Both the position numbers and the translations under genes were made by a program. A DNA stretch of 64,000 nt from Selaginella moellendorffii (taxonomy: Eukaryota; Plantae; Lycopodiophyta): NCBI RefSeq assembly GCF_000143415.4, contig NW_003314371.1:265380-329379 (forward strand), read 5' to 3'. A model generated the notes under the pieces. It did no database searches and had not been told where the DNA came from. It saw only the letters and a program-made list of their open reading frames with translations. Below are positions 12,987 to 25,902 of the stretch, piece after piece (positions within the stretch are counted from its first letter, which is position 1; each line of letters starts with the position of its first letter).

Positions 12987-14676
12987 ACTCGCCGTTCGAA
13001 TCAAAAAGCTTAAATGGTAAGGTATTGCTTAGAGTAAAGAGCCTTTAAAATTAAACATAAGAGCTTTAAAGCTCTAAATAATGCAGGATGCAAAAGATTC
13101 CGCGCACAATCTCCCCATCGCAAGACTGAAAAGCATGCAACATTTCAGATTATAGCAGCCAGGGCCACTCAAGAAGCCCTATAGAATTTTTTTGTTTTCC
13201 TTAGCATGATTTAGTATTTGGAAGTGATGACTATATTGGATGGTCCTAATGATGGAAGTGGTTGTAATTCTTCGGATACTACTTTATCCATCACGAATAG
13301 CATCAATACAGTAATCACTTCGAAGCTTTTAAAAATAGGATCTACATATTTTGTCTTGGTAATGGGAGATTTCACTTCCTGAACATAGTCGCTTCTATAT
13401 ATCAGGTGAAGCAGGATCTAACGTCCACATCTTGATTGATTTCATTTGCTGTTAAATCCATCCATTGTTTGAATTTCTTTTCCACAAGTACAAATGGATA
13501 CTGATGAGAACGATTCTGGGCAAGTGTGGCGATCCGGCGCCAGGAATCGCCTAAAATCCATCGTGAGGCTCTTTGGGTATCGAGGTTTCTTCATTTGAAT
13601 CCTTGGAATCTTTCGGTCGTTTCTTACAAGCGCCAAGTCTCTAGGAACCTTACAAAGTTCCGCCAGATTTGCGATGCAGTCTGGGAATGTGTGCAGCAGG
13701 CATGCCATCGCTCGCTGCCAGAGTTTGAAGGCAATCCACCAGCGTCAGGAAAGATGAACCTTGATCTCGGCCAACTCTTCCTTCCACTCTATGGCGCAAA
13801 AGATATCGGGCCTCCTTGGGTACCAAGCCACGTTGGGGTTGACTTAGCACTACGGGGGCCAAGGTTTTCAGCGTACTTGGCACAACGCCCACATTTTCAG
13901 GATGACTAGGATGGTTGGTTGTCAACGTGGCCAATTCGAATTACCCCGCGAGACCCTGCCAGGAACTAGAAACCTTTGTTGGTCTACAGGAAAACGTTGC
14001 GGATGGCATTCTCTCTGGGGATATACTTTTTCTTCGCTCTCGTTTTGCTCATGGTCTGGTGGGAGAACTTGGCGCTGCGGCGATTCGTCACAGGCGCTAA
14101 CGGCCTCTTGGTTAAGACGAGCTGTGTGACCATAGGTATGGCTTCTTTCTCCTGCTTCATGTTATTTCGAGGTTGAACTTTTTGGACAGGGACCTTGCGC
14201 CTCAGCAAGGGGACAAGGTGAAAAGAACACACCAGTTCGTGCTTGATTATCAATGAGCAGAAAACAAGTGTGTAACTCGAGAGAGAAAACTCACGTCTCC
14301 TCATGGTGTTTCTTCTCCCGCACACCCAGTTCAACACATGGGAAATGAAAACTCCGCATGCAATCGAAATGAGTTGTTTTGAGTAAATTGATCTCTTAAC
14401 CTATAGAGCATGGCGAAAAGAATCATTGGTCGAAAATTTGCGGGGCTTTGTCCATACGTGTTTTCCTGTTCTTCACTCATTTTATGTTTTTTTGAAATAA
14501 ATTATTCTTGTATTACTGATATGACGGCTGCTGGTCTTTGTTTGTCAGGATTCAAATCAATGCTCTTGAGCATTTACAGTTTACGAGTGGACAAGAAAAA
14601 GAAACGACACGAAGGAAACCACGCAGCACTCCCACCAACAGTGTCTAGGACTTAGTCTCTCCCCAGAGACCTTTCC

Positions 14677-16120
14677 ATGGCGGCCGAAGATAAGACTCAT
14701 GTTCTTGTGCTTCCATACCCTGCACAGGGCCATCTCCCTCCGCTTCTGCATCTGTCAAAGGTACTGGCTGCAAATGGGATACGAGTTACCATTTTCAACA
14801 TCGAAAGCATCCACAAACAGCTGCTGAAAAGCTGGGATCCATCATCAGCTGGGAAACGCATCCACTTTGAGGCTCTCCCATTTCCAGTAGATATTCCCTT
14901 CGGGTATGATGCTTCCGTGCAAGAAAAAAGAGTAGAATTTCATCAACTTCTGATGTCAAAGTTGAGAGACGAATTTGAGGCACTGGTACCAAGACTAGAG
15001 CCAGCACCTTCTTGCATACTTGCTGATGAATCTCTTTTCTGGAGTAAACCAATTGCTAAGAAGTTTGGGCTTCCTTCAGTGAGCTATTTCCCTGGCAACG
15101 CTGCTTGGAGTTCTATCAGCCATCATCTGTGTCTGCTCGCCTCCAAAGGAGTTTTCCCTCTTAGAGGTACTAAACCTTCCATCTGTGAAGCACCTGAGTT
15201 AGCGCCTTTCGATTTTTGCAGATCCAGAGTGCGTGATCGACTATGTGCCTGGCCTTCCCCCTACAAAGTTGGAGGACTTTCCTGAATATCTGCACGATAT
15301 GGAGAAGGAAACATTAGAAGCCTGGGCGAAGCACCCCGGTAAGATGAAAGATGCAACATGGGTGCTGGTCAATTCGTTTTACGAGCTAGAGCCCCACGCT
15401 TTCGATGTTATGAAGCAGACAATAGGACCTCGGTACGTACCTATAGGTCCATTGTTTCCGTTAACTTCAACAGGGTCGGGGGAAATCAAAACAAGCCTTC
15501 GACATGAAGAACATGGATGCTTAGAGTGGCTACAGACACAAGCGGCAGGATCAATCCTATACATCTCCTTTGGAAGTTGCTCCTCATTGTCTGAGGCTCA
15601 GTTTGAAGAATTTATGGAGGGCCTGGCTGCAAGCAAGCAACAATTCTTATGGGTGCTGAGGCCGGACACAGTCCTGAATGGTAGATGCGACTTGTACCAG
15701 AAATGCAGAGAACTCACAAAAGATCAGGGCTGCTTTGTTGCATGGGCGCCTCAGCTCAAGGTCCTGGCTCATCCCTCAATCGGAGGCTTTCTGACGCATT
15801 GCGGATGGAATTCTACTTTCGAGAGCATTTGCAACGGTGTACCAATGCTCGGTTGGCCCCGACACAGCGATCAAAGCCTCAACTGCAAACTCATGTCCGA
15901 GGACTGGAAGATCGGAATGAGACTCGGCGCCTTCAATAAATTTCTCAAGAGGGCAGAGATTGCAGAGAAGCTGAGCGACTTCATGGACAAGGAGAAGATC
16001 CTAGAATTCAGGATGAATGTAAAGAAGCTGGAGAATGCAGCCAGAGAGGCCGCAGCCCCCGGAGGATCCTCGTACGTCAACTTGGAGTCATTCTTTCGAG
16101 AGATGCGTGGCGCCATCTAA
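14677..16120 (+). CDS. Family 1 UDP-glycosyltransferase (2 exons)
   Basis: HVLVLPYPAQGHLPP N-terminus; PSPG box WAPQLKVLAHPSIGGFLTHCGWNSTFESICNGVPMLGWPRHSDQ; GGSS C-terminal motif; intron ~15167-15220. Confidence 0.95.
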
Positions 16121-16899
16121 AATCCTATTACGTTCTGAGAAGTCTGAAGGAAAACCATAAGAGACATGGTGGAACCTTGCATCTGGCTGGGCTTCCTTTC
16201 ATTGGGGCGAATCTAGATACAAGGCCATTAATCTGCTTTGATGAAGTCATTGGACGAGGCTTTCCAGGTTACAGTGCTACAGTATTGTCGGTCTCACAAC
16301 GTCAACGTGAGAGAAGCTGTTGGAGTGGCCTCCTGAAAGCGAACAAGCAGCTATTCAATTCAGTAACTACATGCAAAGATGGAGGATGACGTAAACGATC
16401 TGGATCAAGTGGTTGCTGGGAGCACATGTGGCAAAACACAAACCACCGGATTTGTCAACCTGTAGAGCCGACTGGCTGAATGCATTAGCAACTTGCCATC
16501 CCTGCGCCAGGGCCTCTCAACCTCTTTCATGGGTTGCTTTGGTTAGGCAGTACTCCGAAGGAGCCATAGGCTGGGCCTACTTTTGATACCTTTGGCCGTC
16601 GACTATCTGACTTTGTCACACCTGCTCATGCTAGAGAACCATCTTTGAAGAAGTCTCAAATGTGGCGGCTGCGTGATGAAGGACTCTTAGGAAGGATGGA
16701 CGTCCACAACCACAAATTCCAGTGCAAACTATGACATGAGTCGTTTCTGTAACGTGTGAGTGTAAGTCTTCATCTGCAGAAAGCTGGAGGGACTCTGAAA
16801 AGGAGCAGAAGGACCAGGTGAAAAAGCATAAACAGCCATACCAGGAAAAGAAGAAGATAGAGGCTATATCAACATGAAAATGTAATGCTAAGAATCAAT

Positions 16900-19760
16900 A
16901 TGGAATAATAAGATCTTTGTTTAGAGAAATTTTATAAAAATTTCAATAAAAAATTATGTATTAGCATAATACTTAGATTTCAAAATTGAAAGAACTTAAT
17001 TTAAAATTGCATAATGAAATTTTTGCCAGAATTTTTTTTGTCAAATTTATATAACATAGACACCTTGAGACCCTAAGCTCATGCACCTGGAGCTTGGGCT
17101 TCCAAAGCTCAAGGACCCTGAGTAGGCACCTAGCCCTAAACTCAAGTTTAAGAATTGGGACTTAATTGATTCATGCTTCAATCACCATGTATACATGCCC
17201 CTAACCATGACTAAAACTAAGAGAAATTGGATTACTGGATTAGTCAACTAGGCATATGAACTTGAGCACCTGGACATCCAAAATGCTAGACATCCAAAAA
17301 TTCTCATTCATATTCAAAAGGTTGGATATCTCTAAAAGGTTGGATGAGGATGAGTTAACATTGGGTAGAATCTCTTACATTTACCCCTTCTGGATAAACT
17401 GATCTGCAAGTGAATGGCATATGCTTAGTATATATATAAATTTCCAGCTAGCAAGAGTCTTCTTGACATAAACATTAATTATTGTATAATAGCTAAATTG
17501 CCATAATGGATCATAATGGTTTACATTTTGATAATAGTTTACATTATGATTCAATCTTGCAATCCTTTTGTAGTGGTTCTATAATATTTTTATATTCAAA
17601 CTTCCTAAAAACTTCTAACATCTTCTTAATGGATATGGATAAATGAAATTGACTATGTCAAATAGTCATTCCCCAATGGAAGGAAAGTTTCTATAACAAT
17701 TAAGAAAATTGGAAATTTTCCATAATATGGGATAATTAGAAAATTTTAATTTTCCATTAGGAAAGTTTCTTGCTAGATCAAAATTTCTTCTAACAATTCT
17801 ATTAATAGGAAAGGAAACCACAATAAACTTTTTGTTAAAAACATTTTATTCTAACTATATGTTTTATTTTTCTTTTGATGAACTCCCACTAAAGACATTT
17901 ACTTTCTGATAAATAAATATATTCTAGATAAAAGAAGCCTCTTGATTAGTTAACTTAAATTTTTTTTTATATTAGGAAAAATTCATTTTTTCTTTAATAC
18001 CAGAAGAAATTCTTTATACAGATTAAAGGTTTTTTAGGAAAAAGTTCGCTAATATAGGATATTTTTCTTTAAACTTCTTTAGATTTTTGGTGATAGGAAA
18101 AAATATATTATTTGTATGGACCATAAAACCTTAAAATTTAAAAAATAAATTGTTGATATCTTTTGTTTTTGCAATTTGCAAGTTGGTTTGTGATTGATTT
18201 TACCTACTTTTTATTAGTAAGCAAAACTGTTTCACATTGATAAATAGTACAAAAAAATATTAAATTTTTTATAAATCTTAGAACTCAACTATTATTTATA
18301 CATTTAAATTGCTAATTTGTCATAACCCCATAAGCAATAATTTCATGAACAACATGAGTTATAAATACTATATGGTGAGGAACGGATGTTCCAAAGATTT
18401 ACTTATGGTATTGGCACATCGTACTAGAGAAAGACAAAAAAATGTAAATCTTGTGAATGTTTATTTAATTTAACATATGTTATTGTAGGTTAAAAAATAT
18501 TTTAATATAGAGTTCAAAAACTTCAATTTAATAAAGGAGGTTAAAAAATTCATGCAAAAGTTAAAGTAATCGAATTTAATAAAATTATTGTATCATCTAA
18601 AGTCTCAACCCCTACTTTAACATTTATTTTAACCATATCAACTTTTTCACTTAAAAAAGTTATAATGACAGATACTTTTTATCAGTGCATCACCAACATA
18701 TAAAGAAGAAAAATAAAAGTACATAGTTTTAATATGAACTTCAGCTAATAAAAAGCATTATACATGTTTTTTTGCAATCTTTTTTTTATTCTGTTAATAC
18801 ATAAGTTATATAGTTTTTTAGTGTCTAATTATTAAGCAACAATACACTCAATAGTGAAATCCAAATGTACTCAAAATGATTTGTTTTTTATGGTTATAAT
18901 ATAAATATTTTGATGGCTAATATAACATTTTTATATGCTTAATTGCTCAGCTTTAATTAATTGTTATTGCCTCATATATTTTTTGTTGACCATATTTAAA
19001 AGTTGCTTTTTGTTTTGAAAATAGTGGTTCTTATGTATAAATATTCATAGTTAACCTCCTTCTTATAGACAACTTCAATATAGATTTTTTTCATGAATGC
19101 TAAAATCATTTTGAAGCTTGTGGGGTGTTTATTATACACCTATAATGTCATAATAGAGGTAAAAAAAATTTAGAAGGAAAAAATATTTCTACATGGATGT
19201 AAAGATAATAAACTTTGATTTTACCACTTTTTTTTCCTAGATTGGAAAAGAACTTTTATGTGATAGGCTTATATATTCCTCAAATTTATTATTATCAATT
19301 AAATAGTAGACATCTTTTGCAATCTTTTTTGTTCTACCTTAACATTTTTTTCAATGAATATAATCTCTTTTGTGTTACTCTAACTTTTTTATATTTTATT
19401 ATTGAATTATCTTTTTTATGTCTCTCGAACAATCTTGAGTACACTTAAAATATATAGAATCTTTATATCTAACAAGGTGGTTGACCATAGTTGATTAACA
19501 AAAAATTTAAAAAATTATTCAATCCTTTTTTTAGAAAGTATTTTACATACCTTCTCTTAAAAGAAGAAAGGAAAAATCATAAAAGTGATAACTAATAAAG
19601 CAATTTAAACATACCTTCATGTTGCAACAATCACACCCATCTCTCATTGAAATGCATAAAAGTTTTACTCATAATTAAAAACTATGTAAATGCCCATCAC
19701 ATACATTTATCTCCTATTAGGAAAATGTTTGCCAACTAGAGATTTTCCCTTTGTGGCTCA
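16900..19760. other. Very AT-rich non-coding tract, probably decayed transposon-derived DNA
   Basis: Abrupt drop in GC, no meaningful ORFs, scattered (T)TAGGAAA motifs. No diagnostic termini identified. Confidence 0.35.
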
Positions 19761-20166
19761 CTTAATAACTCAATCTAATTGTTAGCACCCATCAGATCAA
19801 GTCAAATTCTGTGAGAACATGGCTGACAAACCCAACTGCCGCCTGCCAGGTTCTAAAGAACCCTCTTATCCTCAAATAACATTATGCCATGTGTTTATAT
19901 AATGGTCTCACCACAACCCATTAAAGCTGTTTTGTCGCTAGTGTTCCCTCTAGAACACACTCACCAGGTTAACACCCAACTTGGGCGGAACATGCTTGCC
20001 CTACCCAGGAACTCCTTCATCAGGTGCATTCCTTCACTATATAGAGAATTTTTATATAGATGGGCATTTGATAAACATTGATACATAATTAATGTTGATT
20101 TCTTGCCATAGAGTCATTGTCGAAAGATTTAAATTGAAGAAAGTTTGCTGATGTTATGGGGACAAT

Positions 20167-21471
20167 ATGGGTCCCCTGACAAAGTTCCAGCAGTGCACCA
20201 GATTTGCAATGCTACTCCGAGAGTGTGACGAGCCAAGACAGCTCGCTTGCGGCAGGCATCTCCACGCGCAAATCCTCGATGGCGGCCTGGGCGGCGAGAC
20301 ATTCCTCTCCAACCTCTTGGTCCAAATGTATGGCGCCTGCGGGAGCTTGCAAGACGCGAAGCAGGTCTTCGATGGGATCCAAAGGCCAAACATCTTCTCC
20401 TACACGATCATGATCACAGCCTTGGTTCAAGCTGGCCAGAGGCGGCGCGCCTTAGAGCTGTATCACCGCGTGGATCTGGAAGGCCTCGCTCCGGACGAAG
20501 CCACTCTTGTCATCGCCATCGCTGCTTGCGAGAGCTTGTCCCAAGGCAAGGCAATCCACCAGCGTCTTCAAGCCATAGGAAAGATGAACTTGATCTCGGC
20601 CAACTCTCTCCTGGGCTTGTATGGACGGCTCGGCAGCATCGAGGGCGCGGCGTGCCTCTTCCATTCCATGCTCGAGAGAGACGCGGTTTCGTGGACTTCG
20701 CTTCTATCGGCATATGCCCAGAACGGACATAGCCGGACAGCGCTAGATCTGTACCAACAAGGCGCGAATGTGGAGGAGAACGAGGTAACGTACATTGTGT
20801 TGCTTGGAGCTTGTGGCGAGCTTGGAGATCTTGCCCGGGGAATGGAGCTCCATGCCAGGATCGTTTCGAGGATGAGCAGCTGGGTCGACTCGAGCAACGC
20901 GGTGGTGCTGGCGAATGCGATGGTGACCATGCTTGCGAGGTGTGGGAGCTTGCATCGAGCTCGAAAGTTCTTCGATCGAATCGCAGCGGCCAAGACAAGG
21001 GTATCGTGGACAGCAATGCTCGCAGCTTACGTCCAGCAGGGGCTCGTGAGCAGTGCCAAGGAGGTCTTCCACGCCATGGCGGTCGAGGGAGAGTCGCCGG
21101 ACGAGGTTACGTTTGTGAGCTTGCTTCACGCGTGTAGCCATGGCGGTGAACTGGAAGAGGCTGCTCAATACTTCGGATCCATGGTGAGAGACTACGATCT
21201 GTCCCAGAGCAACGAGCACTGCCGCCGCTGCTTGCTGGACCTCCTGGGCAGAGTTGGATGGCTAGACGAAGCGGAGAGGCTGCTAGCCGAGGAGAAGGCG
21301 CTGGGATCCAGTGTGGTGGCGTGGAAAACTTTCCTGGGTGCTTGCAAGACTCATAGCTCGGCCAGGCAGGCACAGTGTAGCTCTCTCAAACTCCGGAAGC
21401 TCCAGCCAGGGGATGCTACCTCTTATGTCATGCTTTCCAATCTCTACGCTCACAAGTCGCAAAACACATAG
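20167..21471 (+). CDS. PLS-class pentatricopeptide repeat protein with E motif (single exon)
   Basis: Repeated P/L/S motifs (NLLVQMYGACGSLQDAKQVFD, RDAVSWTSLLSAYAQNG, PDEVTFVSLLHACSHGG) and E motif VVAWKTFLGACKTH...DATSYVMLSNLY. No DYW domain. Confidence 0.92.
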   Translation: MGPLTKFQQCTRFAMLLRECDEPRQLACGRHLHAQILDGGLGGETFLSNLLVQMYGACGSLQDAKQVFDGIQRPNIFSYTIMITALVQAGQRRRALELYHRVDLEGLAPDEATLVIAIAACESLSQGKAIHQRLQAIGKMNLISANSLLGLYGRLGSIEGAACLFHSMLERDAVSWTSLLSAYAQNGHSRTALDLYQQGANVEENEVTYIVLLGACGELGDLARGMELHARIVSRMSSWVDSSNAVVLANAMVTMLARCGSLHRARKFFDRIAAAKTRVSWTAMLAAYVQQGLVSSAKEVFHAMAVEGESPDEVTFVSLLHACSHGGELEEAAQYFGSMVRDYDLSQSNEHCRRCLLDLLGRVGWLDEAERLLAEEKALGSSVVAWKTFLGACKTHSSARQAQCSSLKLRKLQPGDATSYVMLSNLYAHKSQNT

Positions 21472-21616
21472 CTTGGTGGAATTCGCTGGAAAACTATCGT
21501 AAGGAATCCTTGAGAAAGAGATGGAACTTCCAGAAAAAAAATGAGGAAAACTATCTCGATATGGAACTTCGTTGAAGCACAATTATGAGAAAAACATTTA
21601 ACAAAAAGTTTAATTA

Positions 21617-21690
21617 TGTCTGAACCCAGGTTCGAACTGGGGACCTCTAGTGTGTGAGACTAGCGTGATGACCAACTACACCATCCAGAC
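21617..21690 (-). tRNA. tRNA-Val(CAC)
   Basis: Reverse complement GTCTGGATGGTGTAGTTGGTCATCACGCTAGTCTCACACACTAGAGGTCCCCAGTTCGAACCTGGGTTCAGACA folds as a cloverleaf with A/B boxes and anticodon CAC; downstream T-run. Confidence 0.95.
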
Positions 21691-21786
21691 CTTCTTGTCC
21701 ACTTCCCAAGTTTTCTTCAATTCAATCTTTTCTGTGAGTCAAGTCAAGTATTAGCACTGGAAAGATTCTAGCCACTGTGTCGCAAA

Positions 21787-22248
21787 ATGCTAGCAAAGTG
21801 GAGCGCCTTGGGCGCTTGGTTCCTCGCTTGTGAGCTTCTTCTCTCCATCGCCAGTGCGCAAATCCAATTCCCTCCAGACATCCCCACCAAGGACACAGTC
21901 CCTGGAGTGATCTACTTCAACACCGCCAGAACCACTCGAGGCAGCCCATTCCTCCAGAATCTGGAGCTCGTCATCCGCTTCCTCTACTCCTCCACTCCCC
22001 CCGATGGATTTGCGACATGTCTCGGCTATGGCGAGTTTCCCGACACCGCCTACGCGCACTCGGCTTGCTACGGCATGGCGGACCAGCAGGGCTGCTCGGA
22101 CTGTATCAAGCACACCTACACGGACATCCAGCAAGTAGCTCCGCTCACCGTCGGCGCTCGCTACTGGATCAACGGCACCGACGACCGCTGCCACTTGCGC
22201 TTCGAGGCCTACAGCTTCCGGAAGGAGCTCGTATCATCCGGTCAGTGA
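21787..22248 (+). CDS. Secreted single-DUF26 (Gnk2/stress-antifungal) cysteine-rich protein
   Basis: Signal peptide, C-X8-C-X2-C motif (CYGMADQQGCSDC), C-terminal RCHLRFEAYSF. No TM or kinase domain. Confidence 0.85.
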   Translation: MLAKWSALGAWFLACELLLSIASAQIQFPPDIPTKDTVPGVIYFNTARTTRGSPFLQNLELVIRFLYSSTPPDGFATCLGYGEFPDTAYAHSACYGMADQQGCSDCIKHTYTDIQQVAPLTVGARYWINGTDDRCHLRFEAYSFRKELVSSGQ

Positions 22249-23146
22249 TCAAAGCTCATCGATCAGCGCTGAGAGTTTTCAATTGTGTGATATGATATCC
22301 GGCTTTGATCGTTTTGCATCGCAGGTACTCTGGGTGTCTTGGGTCCGAATGGAACTACGCCTTATAGTCGTGATCTTGCGAGTGATCCAAAAACTTTTGG
22401 TGGCAAGACAGTCAAGCTCCATGTCTGACTCGGAAACGTTGGAGTCATCCAAAGAATAAATGTGAGTTACGCGTCTACGTACGTACAAGTTTGTCTATCA
22501 TGCTTGTATCTGTTAAGAGAATTTGCTGTGTTCCACTACTCGTGATGTAACTCGGAGCTTCTCGCGATTGGAGCGGCTCGAATAACCACAGTGCTTGTCA
22601 ATCGCCGCTTCTCTTCCTCGTGGTTGTCGATTTGTAAATAGTTCTTCGTGAGCCGCGCGTCGTCCAGCTTTTGGCATGGTGAGCATTCCTAAAAATTTAA
22701 AAGAAACGCTCAGTAGTCAAGGGAGATTTTCCCACCAAATAGTGCTCGATCGTCTCCAAAAACTCGTAACCGAGGAGTCGACAGATTCCCTTCAGCACTG
22801 TAACGTTCAGGCCTGACGAGATTCCGCTAGTTACATTCACAAACATTCGAACACCCTGGAAGCAAAAAAATAAAAATAAAAAAATCTCATAAGAAACCAT
22901 AACGTCGTCTCATTCACTTGCCTTGCACACTGGTCCGGATCCACCTTGATCCATAGCTATCAAGATGCAAAGACAATTGAAGTTAAGAAGTAGATCACAC
23001 ATCGATCACGTCAGACAACTTGCGCACGACGATTGAAAAATCCCGATATACAAACTACCTGCTTGAGAAAATAAACATTCCTGGATATGGAAGCGATATG
23101 TTCTGTACAAGTCCCCTATAGATAAACCAATCACGCATGCCAGTTC

Positions 23147-24023
23147 TCAGCGAACATACGGCGATAATCCCGGTTCCTTGGACAGCGATTCTTCTTCTAG
23201 CAGCTGGAAAGGATCCACGTACGGAGGCTTTCCGCCATGAAGGTCTCCCTCGTGTATAAAGGATGGACCAAAGTACTGCAGAGAAAACCAAGCAAAATCG
23301 TAACTTTCTCCATAGATGATGGATGAACTCACCAGATAGATGGCCACAAAGAGCGCGACAATCGCAATGATCAGCGGCCAGAAGGCGAGGAAAAACGTCG
23401 CGCCGAGCTTGATGAGCTCCTGAGCTCGCGGTATGAGTCCCTGGTAAAGGAAAGTTATCGAAGGTTTGCATGGGAATGGAGAACTCACGTCAAGGCCTTC
23501 GCTATTGAGCGCCAGCGTTCGCTTCAGCTGGCCACTCCTATCATCCCTCCACTCGGAGGAATTCGAGGGGGAAGAAGACGAAGAAGTGGAAGACTTGAAT
23601 GATTGAGCGGTGTCGCCACTATCCTCGCCGCTGCCAAATTCTTCGCGCTTGGTTTTGGTCTCGGTGGAAGCTCCAGAGTACTTTGTTGGCGGAGCGAGGC
23701 CGCGCCGCTTGAGCTCCTTCATGAAGAGCGACTCCGGAGGCTCGTCACCTGGAGAGAATCTATCGCCTGTCAGTCAGATTGGAATGGAGGAAGCGAGGGA
23801 GGATAGAATGAAGGGCAAGGAGGAATAGAAAGAGCCTCTTACCCGAGAAACCATCGTCCCTGTCTCCTCCTCCGTCCTGCCGCAATGCCGCGACACGCAA
23901 TGTCTTGAATCGAGAGCCCTGCCGGCCCGCGGCACCTAATCCACGCCCCGAGCCGAGCGATAATCTCCTGTCAGCAGTAGACGAGGAAGGGAGGCACAAA
24001 TTGTGCACTGCGCTGCTTGCCAT
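23147..24023 (-). CDS. Conserved plant protein of unknown function, probably plastid-targeted with one TM helix; multi-exon
   Basis: Transit-peptide-like N-terminus, SLFMKELKRRGL, LALNSEGLD|GLIPRAQELIKLGATFFLAFWPLII (TM), YFGPSFIHEG...PPYVDPFQLL. Confidence 0.7.
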
Positions 24024-24120
24024 GCCCTTGGAAAAAGTGAAATTTCCTCAAGAACCCTAAACGTATATTCTTCCAGTAAAAAAGGCGGATATTTCTTACG
24101 AGGTCAAAATGAAATATAGG

Positions 24121-24193
24121 TTCCGTTGCCGGGAATTGAACCCGGGTCTTTCGGGTGAGAGCCGAATATCCTGACCGACTAGACTACAACGGA
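24121..24193 (-). tRNA. tRNA-Glu(CTC)
   Basis: Reverse complement TCCGTTGTAGTCTAGTCGGTCAGGATATTCGGCTCTCACCCGAAAGACCCGGGTTCAATTCCCGGCAACGGAA; anticodon CTC. Confidence 0.95.
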
Positions 24194-24336
24194 TGTTTGA
24201 TCTCCGGGCACTCAAAGCGCTACGTATTTCTCCCCTGGAATACTTCTAGTCCAGGTACATTGTAAGCAAGGATATGCTTTGATTCTTCGTTTTGGATGGG
24301 CTTCACGAGGGCGTGAAAGAAAGCTAGGTCGCGAAA

Positions 24337-25543
24337 ATGGGTCGTTTGGCTCCCAGCGCCTTCAAGGCTCTGCCACCGCCTCGCGTCTTCGATGGCGTCC
24401 AGTTCCCTCGCATTCTGGCTCCATCGGCGGCGAGCTGCGATGTCGGCAGCTTCAGGGGGTGGATCCGGCAGCACAAGGATTGGATCGAGGAGCAGCTGTT
24501 TGTGAGTGGCGCTGTTCTTTTCAGGGGATTTGGCGTGGACAGCGCCGCGGATTTCGATGCGGTGGTGAGGGAATTTGGGTACGAAGAGCTGCCCTACGTT
24601 GGTGGAGCGGCCCCGAGAACAAACGTGGTAGGGAGAGTCTTCACTTCCAATGAGTCCCCTCCGGATCAAAAAATTCCCTTCCACCATGAGATGGCACAGG
24701 TTGGTTTTCCTTCTTTCTTTGGTGTTTTCAATGTTTCCTTCTGGATTTTTCTATTGCTTGCTTTGATTCTTTTCTTTACTCGCGTGTCTGTTCTCAAGAA
24801 TTTTAGAGTTTGCAAAGTTTGCAGTGACTAGATGTTGATACTCACAAACCAGCGAATTTTTCAGGTTCCAGAGTATCCGTCAAAGCTCTTCTTTTATTGT
24901 GAGGTGGAGGCCAAAGAAGGTGGTGAGACTCCGATAGTGCTCAGCCATTTAATCTACGATAAGATGGCTTCCAAGTTCCCCGAGTTTGTGAAAGATCTGG
25001 AGGACAAAGGCCTTCTCTACATCCGAGTTCTCGGCGAAGGTGATGATCCATCTTCTCCCATTGGACGGGGCTGGCAATCGACTTTTTTGACGAAAGACAA
25101 AAGCGAAGCGCAAGCCAAGTACGTAGCTCCACCGTTTTTTTCTTTGCAAGAGTTTTTTCATGTTGCATCCATCTCTCAGGGCTGCGAAGCTGGGAATGCA
25201 AGTCGAATGGCTCGACGATGGCTGCCTCAAGACGATATCAGGACCAATCCCAGCAATCAAAAACGAGAAAAGCCACGGCAGGAAGATCTGGTTCAACAGC
25301 ATGGTGGCGGCCTACACGGGCTGGGAGGACGCGCGAAACGTTGCGGAGCGCGCAGTGGTGTTTGGCGATGGCAGTCCTTTGCCGAGAGCAGCAGTCTTGG
25401 AGTGCCTGGATATTATACACGAGCTGAGCGTGGCAATCCCGTGGTGCCGCGGCGATGTTCTCCTCATCGACAACTTGGCCGTGCTTCATGCGAGAAGACC
25501 CTTCACTCCTCCGCGGCGTGTTCTGGCATCGCTTTGCAAGTGA
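24337..25543 (+). CDS. Clavaminate synthase-like (TauD/TfdA family) Fe(II)/2OG dioxygenase, 3 exons
   Basis: GAVLFRGF, IPFHHEMAQ (HxE) and GDVLLIDNLAVLHARRPFTPPRRVLASLCK. Confidence 0.92.
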
Positions 25544-25902
25544 CCACTACAAAACTCGATCATGGTAAAAGTTCTTCCAACCTTTACCTTTCACATCTCT
25601 TTTGTTCTTGTGGCAAGAATCAAGACGGACCGAAGAAACTCGAAAGATTCACGGAAACTCTGTAAAGGTTCGATTTTTAGTACATGCAAAGTGCGTTTTT
25701 TCTTTTTTAACTCGGCATCGCAAGCATTCCAAGTGGAATGAATGACGTATTTTTTCTATAAATAGCAGGCGGGGATACGTTGTTGCTATAACAAGTATGG
25801 CGGCTGAGCCGAGCTGAGTGAACAAGCAACCAAAGTGCCACTCACCACTTGTTAAAGATTGCGAGGGTTTTGCAAATTTGGGGGAAGAGCAAAGAAGAGA
25901 CC

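Noticed and set aside
13442-14340. Cluster of short ORFs with some hydrophobic segments
   Set aside because: No recognisable domain or consistent exon chain; may be a gene remnant but cannot be supported.
16177-16880. Coding-like composition downstream of the UGT
   Set aside because: Interrupted in all frames and no family recognised.
22279-22960. Possible small spliced minus-strand gene
   Set aside because: Exon-like pieces are present, but there is no homology or coherent frame I can justify.
24023-24193. Possible dicistronic tRNA-Glu/mRNA, since the tRNA is co-oriented ~100 bp upstream of a gene
   Set aside because: T-run Pol III terminators follow the tRNA, and close spacing is typical of this compact genome.
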